IMG/VR virus record: IMGVR_UViG_3300038520_001826
Reading direction: 5' to 3' (one strand)
DNA: 64,000 nt
Source of the DNA: an uncultured virus (IMG/VR IMGVR_UViG_3300038520_001826)
Taxonomy: Duplodnaviria > Heunggongvirae > Uroviricota > Caudoviricetes
Position 1 is the first letter of the stretch. The number at the start of each line of letters is the position of its first letter. Positions 1 through 9,075 of the stretch are shown one piece after another. Below the pieces are notes generated by a model. That model did no database searches, was not told the DNA's origin, and was given only the letters and a program-made list of their open reading frames with translations. A program made the position numbers and the translations under genes.

Positions 1-484
1 TGTCCATAAGATTCCAATATTCCTTTTCATCTTCTTCGGAAAGCATAGCAATTACTTCTGTCCAATCGGTATATTTCAGGTATTCTTTACGAGCCTTATT
101 TTCAAGTTCTCGAATCTTTTCAATCAATTCAATTTCTTCTATACGGTTCATTCTTCATCACCTTTCCAATACCATGTTTGTTCGCCTAATTCGTCTAAAG
201 TCATGCCAAATGTTTCAGCAATAACATTCATTGGAATGCACATATACCATCCAATTTCACGACTTGAGCCATTATATCCTTTGTAGTTCTTTCGCATAAA
301 CTCAACAATTGGATTCATTCTTCTTCCTCCTTGAGAAAAGTAGCATAATCCTTCTGATATTCATAGCCTCTATGATTAATTAGACTAAGTAGAGTTTTAT
401 AGTGTTCATCATTTTCGCTATGAAACTTAATCGCTCTTACGCACAAATCTATGTATTCATACAAGTGTTCTTTTATTTCGTTAT

Positions 485-670
485 TCATATTTTCACCTTC
501 TTTGATTTTAGGTATGCTTGGTATGGGCGCATTCCTAGACCCAGTAATTCTTGGTATTTTTCAACCCGTTTTGCTTCGTATTTTATTGTCCTATTCAGAA
601 ACTCAGGTTTATACAACCTATGATTCATCTCAGGAATTATATCTTTCATAAATTTCGTCATTACAACCAC
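485..670 (-). CDS. small hypothetical protein
   Basis: ORF in a tightly packed minus-strand run; no recognisable motif. Confidence 0.45.
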   Translation of the reverse strand: MVVMTKFMKDIIPEMNHRLYKPEFLNRTIKYEAKRVEKYQELLGLGMRPYQAYLKSKKVKI

Positions 671-848
671 TACATACTGTTATTATTATTTCTGATTCTT
701 CAACAGAATCAAACTCACTACTGATTATTCTCAAATTGTGAGTTGCAGGAAGGAAACACACATGACATCTTATCTTAGGTTTCCTTGTGAATATTTCTTT
801 GCTTAATATATTATTTAACCATTTTAACATAATTATCACCCATAGGGC

Positions 849-925
849 GGGGAAAACGACTTCACAAGTTACGATTGCTATCTCCGTGATTCGCAAAATT
901 TTGTCGTTATTACTGGATAAACCCC
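849..925 (-). ncRNA. candidate structured RNA motif, copy 1
   Basis: GGGG/CCCC and AACGAC/GUCGUU stems around a UUUAUCCAGUAAU loop; shared with 4142-4213 with compensatory changes. Confidence 0.5.
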
Positions 926-1177
926 TAAAGGGTGGAGGAAAACATTGGCGATGACTAGAACCCACTATGCCAAACATTTTTAATTTTAAACCTCCGTTCC
1001 CAACAAGGTCTGAAGAGGCCCAAACAATAAGCCTATAACCTTAATTGGAATTTGAAATACTGTTCGTATGCTTCTATTAACTTACGAACAGGTTTGTCCT
1101 TGTACTGTAACAATACAGCATGGAACGTTTTAATTAATTCCAATAAATATTCTGCATTGTCATTGTGTTTTGAATCA

Positions 1178-1405
1178 TCAATCAACACTTTCTACACCTT
1201 CATCATCACTACGAAAAACTTCGTCGCATTCGCATTCATATTCATTTTTCCATTCACCATTTGAAATGCAAATTCTGCAAAACGGAATTGAATTACCACA
1301 ATAAACCCATCTTTTCAGATAAAGCATTTCTTCTTCGGCATCTTGTTCCGCACGTTCTTTACGAAACTTTACATCTTCTTCCTCGATGTTTAGATTTCCA
1401 TTCAT
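1178..1405 (-). CDS. small Cys-containing hypothetical protein
   Basis: GAGGTGA RBS upstream of ATG; CxxC and CxC residues. Confidence 0.6.
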   Translation of the reverse strand: MNGNLNIEEEDVKFRKERAEQDAEEEMLYLKRWVYCGNSIPFCRICISNGEWKNEYECECDEVFRSDDEGVESVD

Positions 1406-1414
1406 AGTTTCACC

Positions 1415-1738
1415 TCAAAATGATTTACCATGCATAAATTCACGGCTTTGATTATATTCAACTTTTGCAAGTATAGCACCTGCAATATCTAAATCTTTAC
1501 CAAATGCATAATCCATAATACGAATAACTGCATCAGCAAGTTCTTCTTCAAGATTACTAAACTCAATAATCTTATTTGAAGAAGGATTACCTTCACGTAA
1601 AGCCTCTAAAGCCTCACTGATTTCAGCATGAATTAAAGCCATTCTTTCGCCATCATTCACTTCATCTTTCCAGAATCCATGATTAACTGCGTTTTTGTAG
1701 ACTTCTTTTGCTAATTTATTCCATTCCCTTTCGAACAT
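1415..1738 (-). CDS. MazG-like NTP pyrophosphohydrolase
   Basis: ALIHAEISEALEA...EEELADAVIRIMD all-alpha NTP-PPase motif; start re-assigned to MFERE at 1738. Confidence 0.85.
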   Translation of the reverse strand: MFEREWNKLAKEVYKNAVNHGFWKDEVNDGERMALIHAEISEALEALREGNPSSNKIIEFSNLEEELADAVIRIMDYAFGKDLDIAGAILAKVEYNQSREFMHGKSF

Positions 1739-1922
1739 TTCTTTTCGCCTCATCTTCTTGAATAAACATCTTTGCAGTTTCCATACACTTATCATAAGTG
1801 TTTTCGTTAATGTTTTCACCACGTTGAACCTTTAGACTAAAAATCCAATCTGCAATTTTCTTCGCTGATGCACCATCTTCTATCATGGCGGCTAATTGAC
1901 TCATTTTACCCATTTTAATCAC
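1716..1922 (-). CDS. hypothetical protein
   Basis: ORF with AGGTGA RBS in the minus-strand gene run. Confidence 0.55.
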   Translation of the reverse strand: MIKMGKMSQLAAMIEDGASAKKIADWIFSLKVQRGENINENTYDKCMETAKMFIQEDEAKRNVRKGME

Positions 1923-2185
1923 CTACATAGAATTGTCTTCTTGAATTGCTTTCCACAATCAAGACATTCACAATACACAATTCCTTCTTCAAAATCTTCT
2001 TCAATGTAAAAGAATTCTTTGTGTTCACACTTCATTCTTCTCACACTCACAAAGATGTTCTTTCGTTCTCCAAGCATCAACAAAACTAACGCTACAATCA
2101 CCATCGTATTTCACGCTAATTCCACATTTGCACTTCATTTCCGTTATATTTACATATCTATTTTTCAACATTTTTTCATCTCCAT

Positions 2186-2392
2186 TTAAGCCGCAGGTGG
2201 GTATTTATAATGATAATAATTATCATTAATGCTACTATCCCACATTGCTTGTTCAATTCTGTTCCTTTCTTGTTCTAGTTCATACATTTGATATTGTGGA
2301 CTATTCCAACACCAGTTGATTGCCCATTGCAATTGTTCATACCAAAATGTTTCCCAGTAATGAGGAAGGATTCTATACCAAAGTTCAAACAT
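2186..2392 (-). CDS. Trp/Tyr-rich hypothetical protein
   Basis: ORF in the minus-strand run; no motif. Confidence 0.45.
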   Translation of the reverse strand: MFELWYRILPHYWETFWYEQLQWAINWCWNSPQYQMYELEQERNRIEQAMWDSSINDNYYHYKYPPAA

Positions 2393-2671
2393 AAAACCTA
2401 TAATTATCCCTCCATAATTCTATCATAACAATCCATACAGGAAAATTCCTCAATAAACCATTCTTTCTCTTCTTTACAAAAATAACATTCCATTCCTATC
2501 CCTCCAAGATTGATTCGAGATAATCTCCAAGAAGGGAAATAACATAATTAACTCCTCTATCTTCTTGAATAATACTCAATAAGTCTTCTAATATCTCATC
2601 AATATCTTCCTGCATTGCTTCTTCTTTTAAATGTTTTAGTGCTTCTAAATAAGTGTTCATCTTTTTTCACC

Positions 2672-4105
2672 TCATTGTGCTGGTTTTGGCCCACAATAAT
2701 ACAAATTCTTCTTTGCTCTTGTAATAGCCACATAACAAATGTTCATCTCTTCTTGCATATCAGTAGCCTTTGGATGTGGCATACGTTCTGTTGCAAGAAT
2801 ATAAACATTATCTGCCTCAAGACCCTTGGCCTTGTGGACTGTTGAAAGCATGATTTCACCTTTTTCATTTCCGTCAAAAACACGCTTAATTTCTGCAATA
2901 ACACCACCAACAGTTGATGCCTTTGTTGCAAAAATACGAATACATTCAAACTTATCTTCTAGCGTTTGTGCTTGATTTATCTTGTTTAGTTTGACCAAAC
3001 GCTGATAATTGTATTGGAAATCTTGTTCTAAGAGAACCGAGAATTCTTCAGAACCCATGTTCTTATTCTTGGTAATCTTATTTACTGCATTAATCAGTCC
3101 TTTTGTCATATCTCGACCAAGAACGTAAGCAGATTTACCTTGCATAATCAAATCGTAAAATGCACTAACCAAAGGAGCATTGTATCTACATAGAACCATA
3201 TCTCCATCTTGAGGATTAAACGGTGCATTTTCCATAACTCGACCTTCAATCGCATCTTCTTTGCATTCAAATTCCTTGACAAATCGGTTTGCTTCAGAAA
3301 CAACAGATTTTGGACAACGCCATGTCAAGGACAAAGAGAATTCCTTAACTTCTCGACCACGACTTTCCAATTCCTTCTTAAAGATAGAAATTGAATTACT
3401 ATCAGCACCTCGGAAACCGTAAATTGCTTGGTTTCTATCGCCAACAATGACTACTCGGTTATTACCGACACATCGAAGAATCATCTGTCTTTGCATTTCA
3501 TTGAAGTCTTGTGCTTCATCAACAAATAGAACATCAAATTGTGGTAATGGGAAATTCTCAACCAAAGGAATCCAAATCATGTCATCAAAATCAATCATAG
3601 CAAGATTACGTCGGCATTCCTTAAGAATGGCAGGAATCGCTTCAATAGCCATTTGTTCTTCTCGGTCTGATTCAAAGTTAATGTTGTAACGGTCAATCAA
3701 TCCAAAGATTGATTTACGGTCATTTCCTTCAACCATAGAACCCTTGATTAGACCAATTAACTTACAAAGTGGTGCGGCATGGAAATCCTTACCGAGAACA
3801 TCATTAATGATATTCTTAACCTTGAAGTTATTTACTCTTGTTTTAATACCTGCTGAACGAATAGCAGCAAATCCAAGTGCATGGAATGTTTTTGCTTCTA
3901 CATTGTCTGGTAGTCTTTCTGCGAGTTCTGTTTGAATGGACTTGTTAAAACAAAGAAAAGCCATATTATTTCCCTTTGTTCTGTTTCCACCTTCAACAAT
4001 TGTAAATGTTTTACCAGTGCCAGCACCAGCATTTACAATTACATCTCCTGTCCCATTAGCAAGTTCATGCCAAATCGCTTCTTGTTGTTTTGTTCCTGTT
4101 ATCAT
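2672..4105 (-). CDS. superfamily 1 (UvrD/Rep-like) helicase
   Basis: AGAGTGKT Walker A, VDEAQD Walker B, VGDRNQAIYGFRGA, TWRCP, STVHKAKGLEAD, YVAITRAK. Confidence 0.95.
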   Translation of the reverse strand: MITGTKQQEAIWHELANGTGDVIVNAGAGTGKTFTIVEGGNRTKGNNMAFLCFNKSIQTELAERLPDNVEAKTFHALGFAAIRSAGIKTRVNNFKVKNIINDVLGKDFHAAPLCKLIGLIKGSMVEGNDRKSIFGLIDRYNINFESDREEQMAIEAIPAILKECRRNLAMIDFDDMIWIPLVENFPLPQFDVLFVDEAQDFNEMQRQMILRCVGNNRVVIVGDRNQAIYGFRGADSNSISIFKKELESRGREVKEFSLSLTWRCPKSVVSEANRFVKEFECKEDAIEGRVMENAPFNPQDGDMVLCRYNAPLVSAFYDLIMQGKSAYVLGRDMTKGLINAVNKITKNKNMGSEEFSVLLEQDFQYNYQRLVKLNKINQAQTLEDKFECIRIFATKASTVGGVIAEIKRVFDGNEKGEIMLSTVHKAKGLEADNVYILATERMPHPKATDMQEEMNICYVAITRAKKNLYYCGPKPAQ

Positions 4106-4141
4106 TATTTTTACCTCCTTATTTAGAGTAGAATATAGAAT

Positions 4142-4213
4142 GAGGAAACTGCTTCATGTAATGCGGCCACTATCTCCGTTTGTGTATTTTGCAGTTATTA
4201 CTGGATAAACCTC
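4142..4213 (-). ncRNA. candidate structured RNA motif, copy 2
   Basis: GAGG/CCUC and AACUGC/GCAGUU stems around the same UUUAUCCAGUAAU loop and ACGGAGAUAG segment. Confidence 0.5.
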
Positions 4214-4313
4214 GTGAAAGGGCGGAGAAGGAGCAATACAGATAATTAAAGTGCGGAGGTAATTATCTGTTTATCGTCTAAACGGCCACCTTTGCTACAA
4301 CTTCTCCATGAAG

Positions 4314-4397
4314 TGTGGGAAGTGGGATTTGAACCCACGAAGCAATTCGCACAGGATTTTAAGCCCTGCTCCTTTGACCAAACTCGGATATCCCCAC
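4314..4397 (-). tRNA. tRNA-Leu (anticodon UAA)
   Basis: Acceptor GUGGGGA/UUCCCAC, anticodon stem CAGGG-CUUAAAA-UCCUG, long variable arm, T-arm GUGGG-UUCAAAU-CCCAC; no encoded CCA. Confidence 0.93.
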
Positions 4398-4560
4398 AGA
4401 TTAATGAGTTAATGTCAAAGATACTTACAAATACGATTTAATGTCGTTATCTGAAGTAAATCACTATTTACAACTACTCCGAGGCTGACCCCTATTTAAA
4501 GAGTCCGAGGTGAGCGAACACCTTATTTTTTAAGAACTAATTGTGCCACAATAGGCGAAA

Positions 4561-4643
4561 AAGAGAGAGAAAACCAAGAAATGTGCGGGAGGGTTATGAC
4601 GACCTGAGAGGTAAAATGATTTATTACTGCACAAAACTCTCTT
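4561..4643 (-). ncRNA. candidate structured RNA motif, divergent copy 3
   Basis: GAGAG/CUCUC closing stem with GUUUUGUGCAGUAAUAA loop, matching the CAGUAAUAA core of copies 1 and 2. Confidence 0.35.
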
Positions 4644-4735
4644 GAAAAGGAATGAGGGGAAGCCTGAACTTCCCCCCATTCGGACATCATTAGATTAAAT
4701 CTAATGATTTACAACTTAGAAACTTTAAATCAAAT

Positions 4736-5215
4736 TCAAAGTTCTTCGGTTGTTTCAGTAGAAAGTAGGGCATCTACTGAACCATCCCAAGTTCCAGCCT
4801 TGTATTGGCTGTTAAGGGAGTTTCGTGTCTTCTTAACCCAAGAAGCAGCAAATTCTTCTGCGGACTCATATTGACCGCCACCAGACTTTGCGTGTTTAAC
4901 GGAGATTGCTCCGATAATTGGGTCATGGTTGTAATAAGCCATAATAGCCTCTTCAACAACGCCACAAATTCTGTCAGTAGCAACACGGACTGCGGCAGGA
5001 ATACTGCTCTTTTGTCCTCGACGGAACGGAGTTCCATCTCTTCCCTTCAATAGAGCCTTAAGTGCGTTATGTGCCGCATCTCGCTCATTTGGGTTTTCTG
5101 TTCCTACTTGAAGGTGCAACTGCACGATTTGTCGCAATCCACCGTCAAGGGCGGAATCTGCTTCCAAATACTCTTCAACTTCAATCTTCAAACTGTTCCA
5201 ATTCATATCATCCAT
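4736..5215 (-). CDS. hypothetical protein, paralog family A (member 1)
   Basis: RRGQKSSIPA, HAKSGG and Y..GTWDG shared with 6028, 7455 and 9577; start probably MDDMNW, downstream of a TTATATA box near 5260-5266. Confidence 0.8.
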   Translation of the reverse strand: MDDMNWNSLKIEVEEYLEADSALDGGLRQIVQLHLQVGTENPNERDAAHNALKALLKGRDGTPFRRGQKSSIPAAVRVATDRICGVVEEAIMAYYNHDPIIGAISVKHAKSGGGQYESAEEFAASWVKKTRNSLNSQYKAGTWDGSVDALLSTETTEEL

Positions 5216-5304
5216 ATGTATCAACTTCTGCCCGTAGGCGAAGTTCCATAGATTGACCATATATAAGCGATAACAAATCCAAACCCTCGATTCATTCCTG
5301 AACA

Positions 5305-5930
5305 TCATTCTAATCTTTCTAAACTTTCTAAAGTTTTTTCTTAGTCAATTCTATTCCATCAATCAATTCATGCAAAAAAACAACCAATGTGGTTTTCAAA
5401 CCAATAAAAATTAATTGATATTTTTACAAATAACATTTTAGATTAATAAATTCTGATGTTTCTAATCGAGGCGAGGTTATTCTAAAACGATTAAATAATG
5501 GGTTGTGCAACACAGCCTAGAAGAAAATTGGCGAAACCGTCATTTTGGCAACATTTTTCTTTTTTCTAATTTTCTAACGACCCCCATAGAGATTCTATAT
5601 CTCCCATAGGGTAATTCTGTAATAAGTAATAAGTCACACACATAATAGTAGTAGTAGTAAGTATTAGAATATTAGAATATTNNNNNNNNNNTTTCCTTCT
5701 GTTACACAACCCTCCAGTTTCTCAAGGTTTGTTTTATTCTAACGACCTCACTGACCTTAGAATAATGTTTTACTTTAATTATAGTATAATTATATCTTAT
5801 ACGATATTGTATATGTATATCCTATACATATAAGACCAATTGAAACATACCCTTTGAAAAGATATTCAGGATTGGTATTAACATTTGATACCTATGTAGT
5901 GTTAAGTTGATAGTATGTAATTAGGTGAAA
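5305..5930. other. AT-rich non-coding region with TTCTAA repeats; candidate replication origin or genome-end region
   Basis: No ORFs; many TTCTAA/TTAGAA hexamers; inverted repeat 5500-5512/5700-5712; lies between divergent transcription units; contains N gap 5682-5691. Confidence 0.4.
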
Positions 5931-5932
5931 CG

Positions 5933-5956
5933 CTTTGTGTTGAACCTTAAGTACCC
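5933..5956 (+). promoter_or_regulatory. TATA-type promoter (CTTTG-N7-CCTTAAGTACC)
   Basis: Same spacing and sequence as the elements at 6762-6784 and 7370-7392. Confidence 0.6.
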
Positions 5957-6027
5957 AATGAGCATTCTATGGACAGTCGTCGAGCATTGGTCAAAAACCA
6001 ACAAAACAAACGACAGGAGGAAAAAAT

Positions 6028-6567
6028 ATGGCTGAATTAACAAAAGCGAAATTTGAAGAGAGATGTGAACCAATTAAGGCTCACATGGCAAAGAACGACA
6101 TAGGGACTTGGGCGCCTTTGATTCAAGGAACTATGGATTTAGGACTTGCTTCTAAGTCTGATGAAGAACGTGGAAACCTTTGGGATTCTATCCGTTCTAT
6201 GGTAAAAAACGTCGAAGGCTTGACCTTGCGTCATGGACGACGTTCAAGCCTTCCAGCAGAAGTTATGGTAAGTGTCCAATCTGTGCGGAACGTAGTGAAG
6301 ACTGCTTGTGTTGCACTTATTGAGAACAATCCAGTATTCCTTGAGGTTATCCTACCTCATGGTAAAACTGGTGGTAATTTCACTCAAGACTCATTTGCAG
6401 AGTATTTTGCAGATAAGGCTGAATCTGCTCTTACTGCGGCTTACCGTGATAAGAACGGACAACGTTGGGATGGAATGCTCAACGACGATGGTATGACTGG
6501 AATGGTTGCTCCAGTTAAGGCCGAATCAAACAATGATGAATCTTCGGAGGTTAGCGAAGAGGAATGA
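6028..6567 (+). CDS. hypothetical protein, paralog family A (member 2)
   Basis: AGGAGG RBS; RHGRRSSLPA, PHGKTGG, YR...WDG; acidic tail. Confidence 0.85.
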   Translation: MAELTKAKFEERCEPIKAHMAKNDIGTWAPLIQGTMDLGLASKSDEERGNLWDSIRSMVKNVEGLTLRHGRRSSLPAEVMVSVQSVRNVVKTACVALIENNPVFLEVILPHGKTGGNFTQDSFAEYFADKAESALTAAYRDKNGQRWDGMLNDDGMTGMVAPVKAESNNDESSEVSEEE

Positions 6568-6618
6568 TTGTTTTGATTGAATGATGGTCAATGCTCGACG
6601 GCCACCCTATTCTTTTGC

Positions 6619-6720
6619 TAAGGGGGGATAATCACATTAGAGCCACTTCAACAACATGGCGTTTGATTGAAGGATAACTGATGAAATGATGTGAGAATCC
6701 CCCCTTATGCTGTTTTTTTT
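6619..6720 (+). terminator. long 3' hairpin followed by T-tract
   Basis: TAAGGGGGGAT/ATCCCCCCTTA and TCACATTA/TGATGTGA stems, then T8. Confidence 0.6.
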
Positions 6721-6745
6721 ATTGCTTAAGATTGCACAAAGCGCA

Positions 6746-6755
6746 ACCATATGGT
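6746..6755. promoter_or_regulatory. palindromic operator ACCATATGGT (copy 1 of 7)
   Basis: Copies at 6746, 7357, 8088, 8698, 9507, 10333 and variant 10556, all intergenic and all preceded by CA. Confidence 0.75.
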
Positions 6756-6817
6756 AGGATTCTTTGAATTATACCTTAAGTACCTAATCCAAATGCATAG
6801 GTCACGGAGGTAATCCA

Positions 6818-7195
6818 ATGTCTGAAACATACATAGTGATAGATACACAAGACAATGAGAGAAGCATTGGTTCTTATTCAAGTAAGAATCATGCCGAAGA
6901 AGATAGAATGCACCTGATGAAAACGCATTTTGAGCGAACTATGGGAGAAATGGAAAAATTAGCCAAATCACCCATCAAGCGAGCGATGAAGAAAATTAAG
7001 GTGGATTTAGACCACCCAGACGTTGATGAGGAAGAGCGTGATTTTGCAATTATGCGAAATCAAACTTTTGTTAAGATTGAGATGGTAAATGAACTTCACT
7101 TCAAGTATAAGAAGTTGAAAGCGTCAATTTCACCAGACAATCCTCGATACATCATCAAGACGATTAAGCATCGAGATTCTCGACGCTTTTCATAA
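6818..7195 (+). CDS. hypothetical protein
   Basis: GGAGG RBS, own promoter and terminator. Confidence 0.8.
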   Translation: MSETYIVIDTQDNERSIGSYSSKNHAEEDRMHLMKTHFERTMGEMEKLAKSPIKRAMKKIKVDLDHPDVDEEERDFAIMRNQTFVKIEMVNELHFKYKKLKASISPDNPRYIIKTIKHRDSRRFS

Positions 7196-7254
7196 ACGGT
7201 CTGATTGACTCATTTTGACTGGTTCGACCAGTGTTGCCACAAAAGTGGTTTTTC

Positions 7255-7294
7255 GCCTCCAACTCGATTCAGGTCGAGTTGGAGGCCCTTTTTT
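7255..7294 (+). terminator. hairpin plus T-tract terminator
   Basis: GCCTCCAACTCGA/TCGAGTTGGAGGC stem then TTTTTT. Confidence 0.7.
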
Positions 7295-7356
7295 CATTTT
7301 TAGCCCCTACCCATCCCTTGCGAATAAATATAACAAAAAGCATTTATAACGCTACA

Positions 7357-7366
7357 ACCATATGGT
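7357..7366. promoter_or_regulatory. palindromic operator (copy 2; full 14-bp CAACCATATGGTTG)
   Basis: 17 nt upstream of a TTAAGTA box. Confidence 0.75.
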
Positions 7367-7454
7367 TGTCTTTGACAACCTCATTAAGTACCTATTGTGC
7401 TTTCTATGAACGGTTTATGGTGCATAGTGAATCATCTACTATGGAGGAATCAAA

Positions 7455-7953
7455 ATGAACAACGAAAAATGGACAATTAAGAAACAACTAATCGTTTCTT
7501 TTGTGAACAACAACGATGTGGGCAATTTTGCCCCTATTGTTTTGGGTACAGTTGAAATGGTTGATAATACACAGCCTGATGACAGAACACCTTTGATTGA
7601 ATCTCTACGTTCAATCTTCAAGACTATTGACCCTAACAAGGTTAGTGGGGCCTTTCGTACAGGAAAAGCCTCTTCACTTCCCGCTAGTGNNNNNNNNNNG
7701 CATTATGTCGGATGTACGGGCAAATCTTCAAGATTTGTTTAATGCTCCACATATGTCTCAAATCCTTACGCCTCACGGCAAATCAAAGGATATGGGCGAT
7801 TTGTTCGTCAATGATGAACAATACGCTGAATATGAAGCAAAGCGCATTGAAAGCAGATTGACTCGATGGTATCGAAAACAAATCTGGGACGGTACGCTAG
7901 AAGGACTGCAAACGCTTTCTTTCCCTTCAATGGAGGTTGAAGAGGAAGAATGA
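7455..7953 (+). CDS. hypothetical protein, paralog family A (member 3), split by an assembly gap
   Basis: RTGKASSLPA before the N run (7690-7699); PHGKS and YRKQIWDG after it in another frame; collinear with 6028. Confidence 0.8.
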
Positions 7954-7989
7954 TTTGCTATGCACCATAGGCCACCTTTACTCCTTAAT

Positions 7990-8058
7990 GGGCAATAGGG
8001 CAATGAAAAGTAAAATGAAAATTAATTCCGACTTTTCGCCCTATTGCCCTTGTTTTTT
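7990..8058 (+). terminator. long 3' hairpin plus T-tract
   Basis: GGGCAATAGGGC/GCCCTATTGCCC stem then TTTTTT. Confidence 0.65.
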
Positions 8059-8087
8059 GTCGAGGTTGAAATGGCAAAGCCATTACA

Positions 8088-8097
8088 ACCATATGGT
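8088..8097. promoter_or_regulatory. palindromic operator (copy 3)
   Basis: CAACCATATGGTTG flanked by CAAAG and CTTTG. Confidence 0.7.
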
Positions 8098-8173
8098 TGA
8101 TAATCTTTGTATTATAAAACCTTGAAAAGGAAAACCGAATTTAATCGGTTTTTTAGTTGAATTGGGGTTCAAT

Positions 8174-8641
8174 TCAACGACGTGGCTCATAAGTCATACT
8201 TGATTCGATTCTTTTAATCTTATCAATTGCACTATCATATTCATGAATAGAGCGAATTTGCGTATGCATCATAATGCCCAGTATTCGACACATTCCTTCA
8301 ACGTCTCTAAATCGCTTTCGGACTTCAGACATAAACGTTTTACCCGTAAAGTATCTGAATTGTTTTCTGGTCATATTGGGATTAAGTCTGAACTCTTCCT
8401 GATACAATTCGTCAAGTTCTATTTCGTTGTTTGCGAATTTGATTTGATGGGTTTCAAGTTCTGTTTGTAGCCATGTTTGAAACTTAATCAAAACGGTCTG
8501 CAATATAGCGAACACTTCTGTTTGTGTTTTTGTTTGGCTGTTTTTCAAAGAAAGGAGGAACTGTATGAACCATATTGTTTGTTTGGTTCTGTCTTCCATT
8601 CTATGTAGGCTTCTTACGTCTTTAGGTTCTAATATTATCAT
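8174..8641 (-). CDS. hypothetical protein
   Basis: 155-aa ORF with CCTTAATATA box and operator upstream. Confidence 0.75.
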   Translation of the reverse strand: MIILEPKDVRSLHRMEDRTKQTIWFIQFLLSLKNSQTKTQTEVFAILQTVLIKFQTWLQTELETHQIKFANNEIELDELYQEEFRLNPNMTRKQFRYFTGKTFMSEVRKRFRDVEGMCRILGIMMHTQIRSIHEYDSAIDKIKRIESSMTYEPRR

Positions 8642-8697
8642 AGTTTTCCCATTCTTAGGTTAATTATTGATTATATTAAGGGTGCATCAAATGTGCA

Positions 8698-8707
8698 ACC
8701 ATATGGT
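8698..8707. promoter_or_regulatory. palindromic operator (copy 4)
   Basis: 18 nt from the minus-strand TTAATATA box. Confidence 0.7.
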
Positions 8708-8974
8708 ATGGCTTTGTCATACCTTGACTTAAAAAATTGAGGGCTTCCGCCTACTAAATATCGAATTATACAGACGTTTTCTATATCGGGCATTAACTAG
8801 TATTGCCAACTTATCTATCACGTGTGCATTCTCGCCTATCTTTCGGCTTCAGCCCCTAATGGTGTTATATGGCCAATCAATTGCCATTGGAGTAATTGGA
8901 GAATATAGAACGGCATTCCCTTAATTTGCCAGATTAGTCACCTTTCGGCTATTGGATTCATCTATATCCTATTG

Positions 8975-9015
8975 AAAAAAATTTGGGGGGAGGATTGCCT
9001 CTTTCCTCCCCCCAA
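8975..9015 (-). terminator. hairpin plus T-tract terminator
   Basis: TTGGGGGGAGGA/TCCTCCCCCCAA stem followed by T7 on the minus strand. Confidence 0.7.
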
Positions 9016-9075
9016 CGTATGTTCCCTGTAATAGTCAATTTTCTATGACTACGACTTGAATACCGAGAGGCGTAT

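Noticed and set aside
4165..4232. Twister ribozyme on the + strand (GGAUAAA...GCGGAG resemblance)
   Set aside because: The conserved core and pseudoknot pairings are not satisfied; kept only as an unknown motif on the minus strand
4314..4397. tRNA as a prophage attachment site
   Set aside because: No integrase, duplicated tRNA 3' end or host genes in the window
7455..7953. Frameshift or pseudogene in paralog 3
   Set aside because: The frame change coincides with the 10-N gap at 7690-7699
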